From positions 15,500,001-15,564,000 of the forward strand of contig JBNRSN020000018.1 in assembly GCA_051313645.2 (NCBI GenBank): 64,000 bases of DNA, written 5' to 3'. Of this stretch, positions 62,116 through 64,000 are shown piece by piece. Source of the stretch: Centroscyllium fabricii (Eukaryota). Made by a program: the position numbers and the translations under genes. A model generated the notes under the pieces. That model worked only from the letters and a program-made list of their open reading frames with translations. It made no database searches and was not told the DNA's origin. Each line of letters begins with the position of its first letter. Position 1 is the stretch's first letter.

Positions 62116-62698
62116 ATATTTGTATTACTGCATTGTTCAGGCAATAAAGGACCTCAGAGACTTTCCTCCTGAAATGAACATCTTATAAAAAGCCTTTTTT
62201 TCAATTATCCACTTTTCAATATACATGTACATTATATTATTATACCTTTTTCAAAGTGTATGAATTTATTATTGTTAATTATTGTTTATGATTTAAATTA
62301 TAAAACAATAACATCAACAAACATCAAGAGTTTGCTCAACTTGATCGTCGGCGAAACGCTGCCGCGCGCTATGCATAAGTTAGACTAGCGTTGGGCATAA
62401 GTTGTGAACGCCGACAACACGCTAAGAATTCGTTGGTATAAGTTGGTATAAGTTATCTGTAAGTTATCGATACGCTCTGTGTACGTTACTAATACGTTAT
62501 GCATACGTCCATCTCGTTATGAATACGCTATTAAACGCCCAAAACTGAAAAAAACATCAATAGTTCAGCGAACGCCAGCGTTTTAGATAAATTTGCATAC
62601 GTCGGCATGCGCTAGCTAATTCGTCAAGGTGTGACAGGGCCTTTAGCAGTCAATGCGCTGTGAAATCCCCAGTTACACCTAACCCAACAAGGTCTAAC

Positions 62699-62799
62699 AT
62701 TTGAAGAAAGGTCATCGACCTGAAACGTTAACTCTGTTTCTCTCTCCACCGATGCTGCCCCGGCCTTCTGAGTTTCTCCAGCGTTTTCTGTTGTTATTT
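62699..62799 (+). mobile_element. Penelope 3'-end micro-insertion with hammerhead-like core
   Basis: 10-bp TSD AAGGTCTAAC; TTGAAGA-A-AGGTC-ATC-GACCT-GAAAC-GTT-AACT. Confidence 0.7.
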
Positions 62800-63091
62800 A
62801 AGGTCTAACTTTTAATGGGGTGTTTAACAGCGATATTACAGCGGAAAAGCCCAAGTTTTCATCAGTTTTACTGGTTTCGCTGATTGCCGGCTGTAAGGCC
62901 GGGGTGTGTTGTGGTGCGGTGTGTCCAAAAGGCAGCCAGTGTCGGAGCAATGAATGACCGACCACAACTTCAGGATTTCCGCGTTGGGATGCGCACGCGC
63001 TACATCCTGAAATTATGGCCAGTTTCAAAGGGGTAATAACAGCGAATGCTGTCCGTTCGCTGTTAGTACGCACCGCAAATTCCAGGCCATT

Positions 63092-63518
63092 GTGTTCAAT
63101 TCTGGGGCACAACACTTTAGGAAGGATGTGAAGGCTTTGGAGAGGGTGCAGTAGAGATTTACTGGAATTGTTCCTGGGATGAGGGATTACAGTTACGGGG
63201 ATAGGCTGGAGAAGCTGGTGTTGTTCTCCTTGGAGCAGAGACGGCTAAGAGGAGATTTGATCGATGTGTTTAAAATCATGACGGGTTTTGATAGAATAAA
63301 TAACGAGAAACTGTTTCCATTGGCTGAAGGGTCGATAACCAGAGGGCCCAGAGTGAAGGTGATTGGCAAAAGAACCAGAGGTGACATGAAGGAAAACTTT
63401 TTTATGCAACGAGTGGTGAGGATTTGGAACGCGCTGCCTGATAGGGCGGTGGATACAGACTCAATAGTGGCTTCAAAAGGGAATTGGAGAAATACGTGAA
63501 GGAGAAAAGATCCCAGGG
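63092..63518 (+). mobile_element. CR1 3' fragment
   Basis: ORF 63179-63499 LEQRRLRGDLI...QRVVRIWNALP. Confidence 0.85.
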
Positions 63519-64000
63519 ATCATAGAATCATAGAATCCCTACAGTGCAGATAGAGGCCATTTCGGCCCATCGAGCCTGCACCGACACATATCCCACCCTA
63601 TCCCCGTAACCCCACATATTCAATCGCCCTAACACTAAGGGTCAATTTATCCTGGCCAATCAACCTAACCCGCACATCTTTGGACTGTGGGAGTACTATC
63701 TGTGTGGAGTTTGCACATTCTCCCCGTGTCTGCGTGGGTTTCCTCCGGGTGCTCCGGTTTCCTCCCACAGTCCAAAGATGTGCGGGTTAGGTTGATTGGC
63801 CAGGATAAATTGACCCTTAGTGTTAGGGGGATTAAATATGTGGGGTTACGGGGATAGGGTGGGATGTGTGTCGATGCATTCTCGATAGAGATATGGGGAG
63901 AGGGCAGGGGCGGGGTGCTGGGTTTGGATGATCAGCCATGATCTCATTGAATGGCGGAGCAGGCTCGAAGGGCCGAATGGCCTACTCCTGCTCCTAGTTT
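63519..64000. mobile_element. Two headless HE1 SINEs fused head-to-head
   Basis: 63519-63693 minus strand, 63694-64000 plus strand. Confidence 0.85.

Larger units (their letters stand above)
60049..62642 (+). mobile_element. Intact PIF/Harbinger DNA transposon (2594 bp)
   Basis: 21-bp perfect TIR AGGCCCTGTCACACCTTGACG, TSD TTA/TTA, intact transposase. Confidence 0.95.
58531..63088. mobile_element. Older Harbinger-type MITE acting as host for three insertions
   Basis: Right end AAATTCCAGGCC|ATT; inverted similarity to 52258-52730. Confidence 0.5.

Overview
This is vertebrate genomic DNA, almost certainly from an elasmobranch (shark/ray), inferred from HE1-type V-SINEs and SacSINE1/DeuSINE-type SINEs. 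Most of the window is nested transposable elements and I found no confidently identifiable host gene, only one candidate 161-bp exon. Retroelements include CR1 LINEs of at least two families (one near-full-length copy split by insertions), L2, RTE, Rex1/Babar, Tx1 and Penelope fragments, about 13 HE1 SINE pieces, and many short solo LTRs with target-site duplications (TSDs). DNA elements include Tigger-like MITEs and a large PIF/Harbinger community: about 14 GG(G/C)-ended MITEs, two decayed elements with Myb-like remnants, and one intact 2.6-kb element with a spliced 429-aa DDE transposase and no Myb partner gene. The main highlights are (1) a 5S-rRNA-headed SINE whose body and tail match a Rex/Babar-tailed non-autonomous element; (2) Harbinger-type MITEs with near-perfect but unrelated central palindromes (241-bp and 84-bp arms); (3) strong enrichment of perfect U1-complementary splice donors inside MITEs; and (4) minimal hammerhead ribozymes at Penelope ends, one disrupted at its cleavage site by a MITE. 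All coordinates were read by eye and element edges may be off by a few bases.
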